A program made the translations under genes and the position numbers. From assembly GCA_028284865.1 (NCBI GenBank), contig JANQQV010000024.1:140218-204217 (forward strand): a stretch of DNA of 64,000 nucleotides, in the 5' to 3' direction. This DNA comes from Rhodothermales bacterium (GTDB taxonomy: Bacteria; Bacteroidota; Rhodothermia; Rhodothermales; UBA10348). The notes beneath the pieces were generated by a model. That model searched no databases, was not told where the DNA came from, and saw only the letters and a list, made by a program, of their open reading frames with translations. This document shows positions 1 through 12,230 of the stretch, in pieces. Position 1 is the first letter of the stretch; each line of letters begins with the position of its first letter.

Positions 1-1
1 T

Positions 2-793
2 CGCGCCACGGAAATCGGCTCGGCCGCCGGTGATGCCGAGTCCTTCATTCCCGACGGTGCCGTCACCCTCCGAGCGGAAGGACTGGTCAAGCGCTATCGC
101 AAGCGCAGCGTGGTCAAGGCCGTTGAGTTGGAAGTTCGCCAGGGAGAAATCGTAGGGCTGCTCGGACCCAACGGGGCAGGCAAGACAACCACGTTCTACA
201 TGATCGTTGGCATGATCCGTCCAGACGGCGGCCGTGTCATCCTTGGCGATCGTGAGATCACCCGTCTTCCGATGTATGAGCGCTCCCGGCGCGGTATCGG
301 GTATCTGGCGCAGGAAGCGTCCATTTTCTCCCACCTCAGTGTCGAGGACAATCTCCACGCTGTGCTTGAATACCAGGACGTCAGTCGAAGCGAGCGGAAG
401 GATCGGGTTGAGGAGTTGATCGCTGAATTCGGGTTGGAGAAGGTGCGGCATTCGAAGGGCTACACGTTGTCCGGTGGCGAGCGCCGTCGAACGGAGATCG
501 CGCGCGCCCTGGCCACCAAGCCCCGGTTCTTTTTGCTGGACGAACCCTTTGCCGGCGTCGACCCCATCGCCGTCGAGGACATTCAGACCATCGTTGCGCG
601 TCTCAAACGACGCGGGATCGGAGTCCTGATCACGGACCATAATGTCCACGAAACACTGGCCATCACAGACCGGGCCTATCTGCTCTACGAAGGCAGCATC
701 CTCAAGCAGGGGACAGCGGAGGCACTTGCTTCGGATCCCGAGGTAAGGCGGCGCTATCTTGGGGAGAAGTTCAGACTCGAACGATATCGATGA
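2..793 (+). CDS. lptB: LPS export ABC transporter ATP-binding protein LptB (5' end outside window)
   Basis: Walker [13 protein letters not shown] signature LSGGERRR, Walker [12 protein letters not shown]-loop TDHN. The frame is open to the window edge. The conserved N-terminal [13 protein letters not shown] lies upstream of the first in-frame start at 110, so the true start is off-window. Confidence 0.9.
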   Translation, partial: RATEIGSAAGDAESFIPDGAVTLRAEGLVKRYRKRSVVKAVELEVRQGEIVGLLGPNGAGKTTTFYMIVGMIRPDGGRVILGDREITRLPMYERSRRGIGYLAQEASIFSHLSVEDNLHAVLEYQDVSRSERKDRVEELIAEFGLEKVRHSKGYTLSGGERRRTEIARALATKPRFFLLDEPFAGVDPIAVEDIQTIVARLKRRGIGVLITDHNVHETLAITDRAYLLYEGSILKQGTAEALASDPEVRRRYLGEKFRLERYR

Positions 794-938
794 GGAACAG
801 CGGTTCCGGAGAAGGGTCTGATAGGCCTTTTCTCTCGCAAACCGCGTAAACGGGGCATACGGGCCCACCTGGGCATCCGGAGCCAGACGCGAGGAGCCGA
901 TTCACTTTGGGAAGGCCGGACAGGAGCCGGCAGAATGC

Positions 939-2228
939 ATGAGTATGACGGGCAACATCTACGACGAATTTGAATGGCGCGGACTGCTGTACGACGCCAC
1001 ACCGGACCTGAGGGAGAAGCTGGGTAGTGAATCGGTCACGGCGTATATCGGCTTTGACCCCACAGCCGCAAGCCTCCACGTGGGGTCCCTGCTGCCGATA
1101 ATGGGACTGGCTCGCATGCAGCGATTCGGTCATACACCTATCGCCCTCGTTGGGGGTGGAACAGGTCTGATCGGTGATCCCAGCGGCAAGACGGCCGAAC
1201 GTCAGTTGTTGACGAAAGAAAAGGTCGCCGAAAACATTGAAGGCATTCGCGCGCAGCTCTCCCATTTTCTCGATTTCGAGCGGGAAGGAAATCCAGCACG
1301 CATCGAGAACAACCACGACTGGTTGGGCGAACTGCAGCTGATCGATTTCCTGCGGGACACAGGCAAGCACTTCACGGTGAACTACATGTTGTCCAAGGAG
1401 TCCGTCAAACGGCGGATCGAGTCCGAAGACGGGATTTCGTACACCGAGTTCACTTACATGATGCTGCAGGCCTACGACTTCCTGGAGCTGAACCGGCGCA
1501 TGGATTGCTCTCTGCAGATGGGAGGCTCGGATCAATGGGGCAACATCCTGGCAGGTACCGACCTCATTCGCCGGGTCAACGGCAACAAGGCGCATGGACT
1601 GGTTTTCCCGTTGGTCACGAATGCCTCTGGCACCAAGTTCGGAAAGACTGAGGCCGGCAATGTCTGGTTGGATCCTGAGCTGACGTCTCCCTACAAGTTT
1701 TACCAGTTCTGGTTGAACACGGATGACCGGGACGTGGCTCATTACTTGAAAGCCTTCACCTGGCTGGATCGGCAGACCATCGAAGGATTGGAGACGTCAC
1801 TCCGAGAGAACCCTGGTGCCCGTGAAGCGCAGCGGACCCTTGCGCGGGAAGTCACGACGATGCTGCACGGCGCGAGCGAACTCGAGAAGGCCGAACAGGC
1901 AGCAAAAGTGCTATTTGGTGGTTCGCTGGAAAACCTGAGTGTGAAGGACTTGAAGGACATCTTCGAGGATGTGCCTTCTACCGTCATTCCTCGGGATGAG
2001 CTTTCTGGCGAAGGCCTCGGCGCCCTTGAGTTGTGCACGCGCACGGGACTGACGGCTTCCAATGGAGAGGCACGCCGACTCATTCGTCAGGGAGGTCTCT
2101 TCCTGAACAATGACCGGGTCAGCGACGAATCCGGTCGCATCACGGCCGAGCAGGGCATCGACGGCGAATTGCTGGTCCTGCGCAAAGGCAAGAAATCCTA
2201 CCACCTCGTACAGATCGGACAGGACTGA
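939..2228 (+). CDS. tyrS: Tyrosine--tRNA ligase
   Basis: 429 aa. HIGH-class motif (ASLHVGSL), KMSKS-class motif (KFGKT), C-terminal S4-like RNA-binding tail (RRLIRQGG). Confidence 0.93.
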   Translation: MSMTGNIYDEFEWRGLLYDATPDLREKLGSESVTAYIGFDPTAASLHVGSLLPIMGLARMQRFGHTPIALVGGGTGLIGDPSGKTAERQLLTKEKVAENIEGIRAQLSHFLDFEREGNPARIENNHDWLGELQLIDFLRDTGKHFTVNYMLSKESVKRRIESEDGISYTEFTYMMLQAYDFLELNRRMDCSLQMGGSDQWGNILAGTDLIRRVNGNKAHGLVFPLVTNASGTKFGKTEAGNVWLDPELTSPYKFYQFWLNTDDRDVAHYLKAFTWLDRQTIEGLETSLRENPGAREAQRTLAREVTTMLHGASELEKAEQAAKVLFGGSLENLSVKDLKDIFEDVPSTVIPRDELSGEGLGALELCTRTGLTASNGEARRLIRQGGLFLNNDRVSDESGRITAEQGIDGELLVLRKGKKSYHLVQIGQD

Positions 2229-3244
2229 TGGTTGTTGTCATGGACATCGGGGCTGATGAGGCCCAGATTGAATCCGTTATCGCCACCCTGAATGATCACG
2301 GATTCGACGTGCATCGCTCGAGTGGTAGTCAACGCACCGTGCTCGGTGCGGTCGGTGTCAAGCCCGAGTTTGACAAGCGGCATATTGAACTGCTCGATGG
2401 GGTCTATACGGTTCACAGGGTATCCGAGCCGTACAAGTTTGCCAGCCGGTCATGGAAGAAGGAGCCCACGGAATCGAAGGTGGGCAACGTTGTCATCGGC
2501 GGTAAGGAGATTGCGGTCATGGCCGGTCCATGCTCCGTGGAATCCGAAGAGCAGATCCACGCCTCGGCAGAAGCTGTAGCACGCGCCGGAGCAAAGATTC
2601 TCCGAGGGGGCGCCTTCAAGCCGCGTTCTTCACCGTACTCCTTCCAGGGACTGGGTGAAGAGGGTTTGGTGATGATGCGCGAAGCTGCTGATGCGCACGG
2701 TCTTGCTGTGGTCACCGAGCTCATGGACCCTTCTCACGCCGACTTGATGGCAAAGTATGCCGACATGGTCCAGATCGGTGCGCGCAACATGCAGAACTTC
2801 CCACTTCTCCGCGCGGCTGGCCAATTGGGGCTGCCGGTCTTGCTGAAGCGCGGTCTTTCGGCGACGATTCAGGAGTGGTTGATGAGTGCTGAGTACATCC
2901 TGGCGGAGAACAATCCGGATGTAGTCCTTTGCGAGCGAGGGATCCGAACATTTGAGACCATGACACGCAATACGCTGGACTTGTCAGCCGTACCCGTTGT
3001 CAAAGCCCGCAGTCACCTGCCAGTAGTGGTTGATCCCAGTCACGGGACCGGTATTCGCAACAAGGTGCTACCGATGGCTCGCGCCGGCGTGGCCGCCGGC
3101 GCGGACGGCCTCATGATCGAAGTACATCCAGATCCGGATGCTGCCCTGTCCGATGGTCCCCAGTCGCTTCATATCCCGCAATTCGATGAGCTGATGGCTC
3201 AGATCAGACTGATCGCCGAAGCGATCGGGCGTAGCGTTGGCTGA
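2228..3244 (+). CDS. 3-deoxy-7-phosphoheptulonate (DAHP) synthase, class I-beta with N-terminal ferredoxin-like regulatory domain
   Basis: 338 aa. Small N-terminal regulatory domain followed by a TIM-barrel core ([22 protein letters not shown]). The ATG overlaps the tyrS stop (TGATG), indicating translational coupling. Confidence 0.88.
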   Translation: MVVVMDIGADEAQIESVIATLNDHGFDVHRSSGSQRTVLGAVGVKPEFDKRHIELLDGVYTVHRVSEPYKFASRSWKKEPTESKVGNVVIGGKEIAVMAGPCSVESEEQIHASAEAVARAGAKILRGGAFKPRSSPYSFQGLGEEGLVMMREAADAHGLAVVTELMDPSHADLMAKYADMVQIGARNMQNFPLLRAAGQLGLPVLLKRGLSATIQEWLMSAEYILAENNPDVVLCERGIRTFETMTRNTLDLSAVPVVKARSHLPVVVDPSHGTGIRNKVLPMARAGVAAGADGLMIEVHPDPDAALSDGPQSLHIPQFDELMAQIRLIAEAIGRSVG

Positions 3245-3437
3245 TGCGAGACCGATTCCTGCTTTTCAGCATGTGTCGAAAACCGGGACGATAGGTCAAT
3301 CCGGCAGGGTTTTTGTTCAGATTAATGCAGTTGAATCATGAATTGACCCAATCCTGACCAGATATCGCTAAAAAGAGCGTTATCTTGGACGGATTGGTGT
3401 ACTTTTCGCCCCCTCTCACCCACATTCCCCTCCTCTC

Positions 3438-5270
<1,833 letters not shown>

Positions 5271-5403
5271 ACTTCCGAGCGAGGCTAAGCGTGTGACGGT
5301 AGAGTAGTGCTGGGCCCACGCGGCCCACTTGACACTCGCACCGCCCCCCAGTCCCGACTTGCGCGACTATCGATCCGCGTCGCTTTCCCCGCCGGGCCGA
5401 CCC

Positions 5404-5438
5404 CAAACAAAAAACGCGCCCCGAATCGGGAGCGCGTT
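5404..5438 (-). terminator. Intrinsic terminator downstream of the 5541..5921 gene (hairpin also usable for glmS on the + strand)
   Basis: 12-bp stem ACGCGCCCCG/CGGGaGCGCGT with a 3-nt loop (5413-5438). Read on the minus strand it is followed by TTTTTTGTTTGG. Confidence 0.7.
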
Positions 5439-5540
5439 CTCTGTGGAGGTTCACACTTCAGCGTTCTGAAGAGCGATGGTCTTTCGACCTATGTCTGGAC
5501 GACGTTTATAGGGAGCGTCCTTCCCGGTGGGCCATCGGCC

Positions 5541-5921
5541 CTATCTGGCTCGAATGCCGGCTGCTTTCTGCTCGAATACCGCGATGGGCTTCTGGGAAGC
5601 GTCCTGTGACGGCTTCAGGTCGTATGCCGCAAACGTGGCATCGCTGATCCGGTAATCGCGGGTTGTGTCAAAGACGAGATACGTTTCCCTATCGTTGATC
5701 CACCACATTACTTCTTTGGACTCGTTGGCTTCCTGAAGAGCCATTGCCAGGACCTGCTCATCATTCATCCCAACTTTCCGGAAGTTCTCGACTTCGATGG
5801 GTTTGGGTCTCGTGGCCAGTCCATTGATCACGTAGAAGACCGTGAAACAAGTGACCAGCCAGAGTATGACCCCACGAACGGAGCTTGACGTGGTAATCTG
5901 GTGATAAGGGGATGCGAGCAT
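5541..5921 (-). CDS. Hypothetical single-pass membrane protein
   Basis: 126-aa ORF with one N-terminal hydrophobic helix (GVILWLVTCFTVFYVINGL). It has its own downstream terminator. No family recognised. Confidence 0.55.
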   Translation of the reverse strand: MLASPYHQITTSSSVRGVILWLVTCFTVFYVINGLATRPKPIEVENFRKVGMNDEQVLAMALQEANESKEVMWWINDRETYLVFDTTRDYRISDATFAAYDLKPSQDASQKPIAVFEQKAAGIRAR

Positions 5922-6001
5922 GGCGTGATGTTCAGAACTGTCGGGTGCGATTTATCCGTCCGAAGGGGGTTCTGCACAAAGCGTGCCAACATTCCCTGGC
6001 G

Positions 6002-6033
6002 ACCTTCCAGCATCTGAATACGGAAGGTTTTCG
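6002..6033 (+). terminator. Orphan terminator-like hairpin upstream of prfA
   Basis: Perfect 7-bp stem ACCTTCC (6002-6008) / GGAAGGT (6022-6028), 13-nt loop, followed by TTTTCG. No + strand gene ends just upstream. Confidence 0.3.
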
Positions 6034-6227
6034 TCGATTCGCGGTGCCAGGTCGCATTAATTGTTGCAATCGAGTCCCAGACTAGGATCCCCCGTCTCAG
6101 CATGAGGCAATCGGGTCTTCGACGCACGCGGTACCCGGACCCAAGACCGCCCAGAAGCGTACATCGCGATCGATTCCGCGAGCCGTATACTGACCCGCGG
6201 AGCCTTCCCTTTCACCCACTTTTTCCG

Positions 6228-7304
6228 ATGATCAACTCAGACGCACTCAACGGCATCAAGGACCGTTTTGCGGAAATCACCCGCGAGATGTCCAACCCGG
6301 AGGTAGCGACCGATCCCAAGAAGATGGCGGATCTCGGAAGGGAGCACACGTCTCTGAAGGAAGTGGTCCAGCACATCGATGCCTACATACGGCAAGTAGG
6401 GGAAATCGGAGACCTGAGGGAAATGGTCGCCGAAGAGACCGATCCGGATCTCAAAGAGATGGCGGAGATGGAATTGGCGGAATTGGAGGAGTCGCTTCCG
6501 GGTGTAGAGGAAGAACTTCGCCTCATGCTGATTCCGAAGAATCCCGAAGACGCAAAGGATGCCATTATCGAAATCCGCGCAGGGACGGGGGGGGATGAGG
6601 CAGCCCTGTTCGCCGGCGATCTGTTTCGACTCTACTCCCGCGTTGCAGAAAAGCATGGCTGGAAGGTCGATTTGATGAACAGCTCGTCGGGAACGCAGGG
6701 CGGATTCAAAGAAATCGTGTTCAGCATCAGTGGCCCCGACGCCTTCGGGATGATGAAATACGAAAGTGGTGTTCACCGCGTTCAGCGCGTGCCAGCAACC
6801 GAATCCTCAGGTCGCATCCACACCTCGGCCGCGACCGTGGCTGTGCTTCCCGAGGCGGAAGAGGTGGATGTGGAAATCCACGCCAACGATTTGAAGATCG
6901 ACGTCTACCGATCCAGTGGTCCAGGCGGTCAGAGCGTTAACACAACGGACTCTGCCGTGCGCATTACGCATATTCCCACTGGCACTGTAGTGACGTGCCA
7001 GGATGAAAAGAGCCAGCACAAGAACAAGGACAAGGCACTCCGAGTCCTGCGCTCAAGGCTCTATGAGGCCAAACTGGCAGAGATCGAATCGGAGCGAAGC
7101 GAAGCGCGTCGCTCACAGGTTTCCACGGGTGACCGCAGTGCCAAGATCCGCACGTACAACTGGCCGCAGGGACGAGTCACCGATCATCGTCTGGAAGGTG
7201 ATTCAAAGAATCATGCCCTGGAACGAGTCATGGGCGGTGACCTGGATGACATCATCAAGGCCCTGCGCACGGCTGAAAACGCCGATCGATTGGCCAGCCT
7301 TTAG
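6228..7304 (+). CDS. prfA: Peptide chain release factor 1
   Basis: GGQ motif (SGPGGQSVN) and the RF1-type PxT tripeptide (RVPATES). Start moved to ATG 6228 (MINSDALNG...) because the upstream 42 codons of the ORF are Arg/Pro-rich and not RF-like. Confidence 0.92.
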   Translation: MINSDALNGIKDRFAEITREMSNPEVATDPKKMADLGREHTSLKEVVQHIDAYIRQVGEIGDLREMVAEETDPDLKEMAEMELAELEESLPGVEEELRLMLIPKNPEDAKDAIIEIRAGTGGDEAALFAGDLFRLYSRVAEKHGWKVDLMNSSSGTQGGFKEIVFSISGPDAFGMMKYESGVHRVQRVPATESSGRIHTSAATVAVLPEAEEVDVEIHANDLKIDVYRSSGPGGQSVNTTDSAVRITHIPTGTVVTCQDEKSQHKNKDKALRVLRSRLYEAKLAEIESERSEARRSQVSTGDRSAKIRTYNWPQGRVTDHRLEGDSKNHALERVMGGDLDDIIKALRTAENADRLASL

Positions 7305-7463
7305 GCCTCGAATGAGCTGTTGAGATTCGGCGAATTGGCGCCCTGATTGTGGATCCTGCCGAAAATCACCTTATTTTGCTGTTCTGAACAATCCCTGCTC
7401 CGGAAAAGAGTCAGAGAAATGACTGGACGCCGGGGCATAGCCCATCACCATCCAAAGGGATAA

Positions 7464-7844
7464 ATGGCTAGCAACAAGCACACGTACGAGCTTACGTACA
7501 TCGTCAATTCGGTTATCTCCGACGAGCAGGTCAAGGACATGGTGTCCCGTGTGACTGCTTATGTAAAGGAGAACGGAGGGGACGTCATCGAAGTGGATGA
7601 ATGGGGCGCACGCCGCCTTGCATTCCCAATCCAGAAAAAGCGCAACGGATACTACGTCAACATGTATTTCCAGGCGCCGGGTGAAATAGTTCCCCGTCTG
7701 GAGCGCGCCATGGAGATCGACGACAACATTCTCCGCTATCTCACGCTTCGCATGGACGCCAAAATGGTCCGTCATTACGAAGCCACGAAATCCAAACGCG
7801 CCGCGGAAGCTGAAGCCGCCGAGGCCGAAACCGAAGAGGCATAA
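7464..7844 (+). CDS. rpsF: 30S ribosomal protein S6
   Basis: 126 aa, starts [14 protein letters not shown], acidic/Ala-rich C-terminal tail, first gene of the rpsF-rpsR-rplI set. Confidence 0.92.
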   Translation: MASNKHTYELTYIVNSVISDEQVKDMVSRVTAYVKENGGDVIEVDEWGARRLAFPIQKKRNGYYVNMYFQAPGEIVPRLERAMEIDDNILRYLTLRMDAKMVRHYEATKSKRAAEAEAAEAETEEA

Positions 7845-7849
7845 GCACT

Positions 7850-8056
7850 ATGTCGAACAAGAACTCCTTTGTCGAGCCGGATTACGTCGACTACAAAGAC
7901 ACGGAAACGCTGAAGCGCTTTCTGAACGAGCAGGGCAAGATTCTGCCTCGTCGCATCACGAACGTATCCGCCAAGTTCCAGCGCCAGCTGACCCGCGCCG
8001 TCAAACGCGCCCGTCATCTCGCCCTGATTCCATTCGTAGCGGACTCGCTCAAGTAA
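7850..8056 (+). CDS. rpsR: 30S ribosomal protein S18
   Basis: 68 aa with [24 protein letters not shown] and the [17 protein letters not shown] motif. Confidence 0.93.
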   Translation: MSNKNSFVEPDYVDYKDTETLKRFLNEQGKILPRRITNVSAKFQRQLTRAVKRARHLALIPFVADSLK

Positions 8057-8095
8057 TCCGAAAAGGACGGACTTCCGTCACAGCCCGACAGAATC

Positions 8096-8551
8096 ATGAA
8101 AGTACTCCTTCTCGAAGAAGTCGAAAATCTGGGTGAGGCCGGCGAAATCGTCACCGTCAAGGACGGATACGGTCGCAACTTCCTCATCCCCCGCGGCATG
8201 GCTCGCCTCGCTACAGGCGGTATCGTCAAAGCGTGGAAAGAAGAGCGCCGTCAGGCGTCTCGCAAGATTGCCAAGGCCAAGGAAGATGCCGAGGCACTCG
8301 CAGCAGAAATGGCCAACGTGGAAGTGGTCGTCTTCGTCAAAGTTGGCGAAGAAAATCGCATCTTCGGTTCCGTTACCCCTGTGCACGTCGCAGACGGTCT
8401 TGCCAAACACGGAATCCAGGCTGATCGTCGCAAGATTGATATCAACGACGAGATCAAGCATACCGGTGTTTATTCTGCTTCGGTCAAGATCCACCCTGAG
8501 GTGGTCGCCGAAGTCAAGATCCGTGTAGAGCCAGAAACGGCAGCTGCCTGA
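8096..8551 (+). CDS. rplI: 50S ribosomal protein L9
   Basis: 151 aa, MKVLLLEEVENLGEAGEIVTVKDGYGRNFLIPRG N-terminal domain typical of L9. Confidence 0.93.
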   Translation: MKVLLLEEVENLGEAGEIVTVKDGYGRNFLIPRGMARLATGGIVKAWKEERRQASRKIAKAKEDAEALAAEMANVEVVVFVKVGEENRIFGSVTPVHVADGLAKHGIQADRRKIDINDEIKHTGVYSASVKIHPEVVAEVKIRVEPETAAA

Positions 8552-8584
8552 TCGACACCAACCGGCGTGGCCGGCACAAAACGG

Positions 8585-8630
8585 ACAGGGTACCCGTTGG
8601 CTTAGCGCCAAAGGGTACCCTGTTTTAGTT
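8585..8630 (+). terminator. Intrinsic terminator of the rpsF-rpsR-rplI operon
   Basis: Perfect 11-bp stem ACAGGGTACCC (8585-8595) / GGGTACCCTGT (8613-8623) followed by TTTTAGTTT. Confidence 0.8.
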
Positions 8631-8730
8631 TCAGGAGTGCCTGACTTTTACAGCGCCGGCTTAACTCCGTAGTTCGTCGTTCGAGTTAGCGAATACGGTT
8701 TCTCCAGATTCGGCTTTCTCCGCCTCTTGT

Positions 8731-10737
8731 ATGTCCGTTCAAAGCCCCCAACCCCGCATGTTGAAGAATCACCCGCTGAAGATCAGCAGCTTCCTGTTCG
8801 TCTGGGCGTTGATCGCTGGTTTCGATTCCGGGGAGGCCAAGGCTCAGTTCGGCCCCCAGATCCAAGGTCCTGAGGCGTATGTCACATGGACCGCCCGGCC
8901 GATTCCGTCGAACATCGGGGTACAGGACTCGACCGTAGTCAAAGTCACGGCAACAATCGCGGACGAATGGAAGATGTATGCGCTGGACGCATCGCTACCT
9001 TCGCTCGAAGATGTGCTTTCGCGGCCTTACGGAGTCGAAGTCACCCTGGCCGATTCCCTGCAAGGCGTGACATGGTTGGAAGACGTCGGCCAGTCTCCAC
9101 CCAGTGTCGGCTACGATGAGATCTTCGGGATGGAGTTGAAGTGGTTTTACGAGGAGGCTTCGTTCTTCACGGCCATCACGTCAACAGACAGCCTTCGAGG
9201 CACTGTTGATGTCCCTGTGTCGGTTCGATATCAGATATGCAACGACGGTATCGGTGTGTGTCTGCGACCGGCAACAGCCGATTTGACGACTGTTCTGTCC
9301 GTCGATCCAACGTGCATCGATTGCTCCGCAACCGAAGCGGATTTGGCTCTGACCCAGAATGCTGCATTTGAATCGGCCGATGGCGGGTCAGGTCGCACAA
9401 CCAGTCTGTTTCCGTTTCTCCTTCTGGCCATCAGCGCAGGACTCGTTTCGCTGTTGACGCCATGCGTGTTTCCGATGATTCCGCTGACCGTTTCCTACTT
9501 CACCAAGTACGGTCACACGCGCAGGGAAGCCGTGCGGCTGGCGCTGTTGTATGGTTCGGCTATCGTGATCACGTTCACAGCGCTCGGCATCATCATGGCC
9601 GTTGTCGTTGGCGCTGCCGGGGCGCTGGTAATTGCCTCCAATCCGTGGGTGAACCTGTTCATCGCACTCGTGCTTGTTGGATTTGCCCTGTCACTATTGG
9701 GCCTGTACGAAATTCGCGTCCCCTCTTCGCTCCTGAACTATGTCAACGCGCGTGGAGGCGAAGACAAAGGATGGGTCGGCGTCCTGTTCATGGGCCTCAC
9801 GCTGACGCTCGTGTCATTCTCCTGTACCGCCCCGTTTGTCGGCGGACTGTTGGCGGCTGCATCAACGGGGACATGGGCCTTCCCGCTGATCGGGATGTTG
9901 GCCTACAGTACGACATTCGCTGCCCCTTTCGTGCTATTGGCGCTTTTCCCCCAATCGCTGGATAAGCTACCCAAGTCTGGATCCTGGATGAACAGCCTCA
10001 AGGTTGTTCTGGGATTCGTTGAGCTGGCTGCAGCCGTCAAGTTCTTCTCGAACGCGGATCTCGTTTGGGGCCTGGGTCTGCTACCCCGTACGCTTGGCAT
10101 TTTCCTCGTTCTGGCATTCACGCTCCTTATCGGAATCTACCTGGCTGGTTGGCTCAAAGTGGGTTACGAGCGCATGTCTCGCCCAGGCTTGGTGAGGGGA
10201 GTCGTTGCAGCAGCGTTCATCCTGGCCGCCTTGCGGATGGCTCCGGGCATGGCAGGCAAGCCACTCGGATTTCTCGATGCCTATCTACCGCCGCACCAGG
10301 ACGCCGATCGCACCCTGTTGGCACGGTTCGGAATCGAGCACGCGGAAGCTGATCTGGAAGAGGGTTGGGTCGTGGACGACATTCCGAAAGCGTTCGACAT
10401 CGCCCAGATGCGTGGCGTCCCCGTGATGGTTGACTTCTCTGGATGGACCTGCACAAACTGCCGGGACATGGAAGCCAATATCTTCCCCCTTCCTGACGTC
10501 AAAAGTCGGTTGGACAGCGCGTTCGTTCCGCTCCGTCTGTATACCGACGATCTGGAAAAGGGTGATGGCTTCTTTGAATTCCAGATGGCTCTTACCGGGA
10601 CACCCGCGCTACCGACCTACGCAATCGTGGATCCGGCTGACAGCACGGTGGTCTCCAAGCAGAGTGCCATGATGAGTGAACGGGAGTTCATCCAGTTCCT
10701 GGATACAGGAGCATCTGCTTACCAGGCTGGTCGCTGA
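8731..10737 (+). CDS. dsbD: Thiol:disulfide interchange protein DsbD family
   Basis: 668 aa. Signal peptide, N-terminal periplasmic domain, multi-pass core with CVFPMIPL and SCTAPF motifs, C-terminal thioredoxin fold with WTCTNC (CxxC). Confidence 0.85.
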   Translation: MSVQSPQPRMLKNHPLKISSFLFVWALIAGFDSGEAKAQFGPQIQGPEAYVTWTARPIPSNIGVQDSTVVKVTATIADEWKMYALDASLPSLEDVLSRPYGVEVTLADSLQGVTWLEDVGQSPPSVGYDEIFGMELKWFYEEASFFTAITSTDSLRGTVDVPVSVRYQICNDGIGVCLRPATADLTTVLSVDPTCIDCSATEADLALTQNAAFESADGGSGRTTSLFPFLLLAISAGLVSLLTPCVFPMIPLTVSYFTKYGHTRREAVRLALLYGSAIVITFTALGIIMAVVVGAAGALVIASNPWVNLFIALVLVGFALSLLGLYEIRVPSSLLNYVNARGGEDKGWVGVLFMGLTLTLVSFSCTAPFVGGLLAAASTGTWAFPLIGMLAYSTTFAAPFVLLALFPQSLDKLPKSGSWMNSLKVVLGFVELAAAVKFFSNADLVWGLGLLPRTLGIFLVLAFTLLIGIYLAGWLKVGYERMSRPGLVRGVVAAAFILAALRMAPGMAGKPLGFLDAYLPPHQDADRTLLARFGIEHAEADLEEGWVVDDIPKAFDIAQMRGVPVMVDFSGWTCTNCRDMEANIFPLPDVKSRLDSAFVPLRLYTDDLEKGDGFFEFQMALTGTPALPTYAIVDPADSTVVSKQSAMMSEREFIQFLDTGASAYQAGR

Positions 10738-10814
10738 GTCTTCCTATTGGACTCAGACGGGCAGCCTGACGTGCGTTGATTCATCGAGTCGGTCGTACCT
10801 CGTCGCTCCTTGTC

Positions 10815-11273
10815 TCACTCTTCTTCGTGAATCGGCAGGAGTACTACGGCTTGCTTGGCTTCTCTGGCAACCGTGTTCGTGACCGAACCGAGCAGCATCC
10901 GCTCAATCGCGGAGTGGCGTCGTTTGGCCATGACAATCATGTCCATTCCCATGCGATCGGCATCATCCAGAATGATGCGAGCCGGATCGCCTTCATGCAA
11001 CGCCGGACGAACCGGGATGATGAATCGCTCCGCTACGAACGTGTCGAAATCGTGCTTCTCCGCCTCGACGATGGCATCCTCCACAGCAGGGTCGTAGAGG
11101 GCATAGGCAATGTCGCCGAATCCGCTCAAAGGATCCACGCCGATGGGCGTTGTGGGCGTTGGCACGTGCACGTGTAGAACGAACAGCTGCGCATCCAGTC
11201 GCCTGACCAGACTCTGGACGTGATCGGTTATGACCTTGGGCTCGGAAAGATCGGTGGCGAACATCACTTTCAT
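10815..11273 (-). CDS. Universal stress protein (UspA family)
   Basis: 152 aa, MKVMFATDLSE... and C-terminal GSVTNTVAREAKQAVVLLP, typical of Usp domains. Confidence 0.8.
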   Translation of the reverse strand: MKVMFATDLSEPKVITDHVQSLVRRLDAQLFVLHVHVPTPTTPIGVDPLSGFGDIAYALYDPAVEDAIVEAEKHDFDTFVAERFIIPVRPALHEGDPARIILDDADRMGMDMIVMAKRRHSAIERMLLGSVTNTVAREAKQAVVLLPIHEEE

Positions 11274-11555
11274 GGCAGCACCCCCTGGTGGATTCGGGCC
11301 TTAGTTAAGTTGACCGTTTTGGTAGATCGTTTGGTTGATCGGTGTGTTGATCGCGGGCGAGGTTATCGTCGATGAGATCGGCGGAAGACCCCTGGTCCGG
11401 ATGCGCGAGAGTCTGGTGACACCCATCAACAGCGTAGCAGCCGGTTGGAGCAAAGGCAATGGGAAAAACCCTACAAGGACTGTGGTTGCGGGTTACGCAG
11501 GCCAAGCGGAAGGGTCAATGGGATACCAGAACACCAGAGTCCTTTGTATTCATCC

Positions 11556-12206
11556 ATGCATACCGCCCCTGGAATTACTCCGGTTGAACCGGGACATCAC
11601 GTTGGTTCGGCCAATCATGGTGATCCGGACTCCCTCGAGTGGAATCATGTTCAGTTGGATCCTGCAGCCGTGTATGAGGCCATCCTAGCGGTATTGAGAC
11701 CGCAAGTATCAAGGGAGGCTCTGCTGGATCACCATGCGGTCCCTGACCTAGCGTCAAGCGTATTCATGGCCGTCTGGTCAAAACGGGATGGTCTTCAACA
11801 GCCTTATCGCTATGCGCGTCGCGCAGCCAGAAACGGTTTGATGCGGTTTCTGAGTCAGGAACGGCGGCGCTTGGCTCTTCAACGCGATTGGGCAGATGCA
11901 AGGATGGATTCTGCTGGTGGGATGAATCCTGCTTCTGCCCTCACGTCAGAGGGTAGTTCGCAGGACTCACGGGATGGACTTGGCGCCCGACAACTGGCAT
12001 TTGTTGAGTCCCTGTTGGCCCTTCAGGATGGGCGGACGCGCCTGATTGTTCATCTTCGGTATCGAGGAGGGCATTCGTGGATGGAAATCGCTGAAAGGGT
12101 GGGAATGAGTGCTCCCAGTGCACGCATGCGATTGAGGCGGTTCATGGCACAAACGCGGCGGGCATGGGACGCTCGAGGAGAACAGGCGAGGACGGACTGG
12201 GCGTGA
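11556..12206 (+). CDS. Divergent ECF-like sigma-70 family protein (start uncertain; ORF opens at 11445)
   Basis: Region-2-like DLASSVFMAVW...YARRAARNGLMRFLSQERRR and a region-4 HTH (SWMEIAERVGMSAPSARMRLRRF). The N-terminus is unlike known sigmas, so the start choice is a guess. Confidence 0.55.
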   Translation: MHTAPGITPVEPGHHVGSANHGDPDSLEWNHVQLDPAAVYEAILAVLRPQVSREALLDHHAVPDLASSVFMAVWSKRDGLQQPYRYARRAARNGLMRFLSQERRRLALQRDWADARMDSAGGMNPASALTSEGSSQDSRDGLGARQLAFVESLLALQDGRTRLIVHLRYRGGHSWMEIAERVGMSAPSARMRLRRFMAQTRRAWDARGEQARTDWA

Positions 12207-12230
12207 AGACCGCGCGATCCGGGCTGAGGA

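Noticed and set aside
6102-6227. N-terminal extensions given by the ORF track for prfA and several others: helicase 19855, radA 27964, sdhB 43523, citrate synthase 47506, batA 38992, cytochrome c 55490, the permease at 24126 and the two coiled-coil proteins
   Set aside because: The extensions are Arg/Pro/Cys-rich, overlap neighbouring genes or intergenic hairpins, and precede an internal Met. That Met begins the conserved N-terminus or signal peptide, so internal starts were used.
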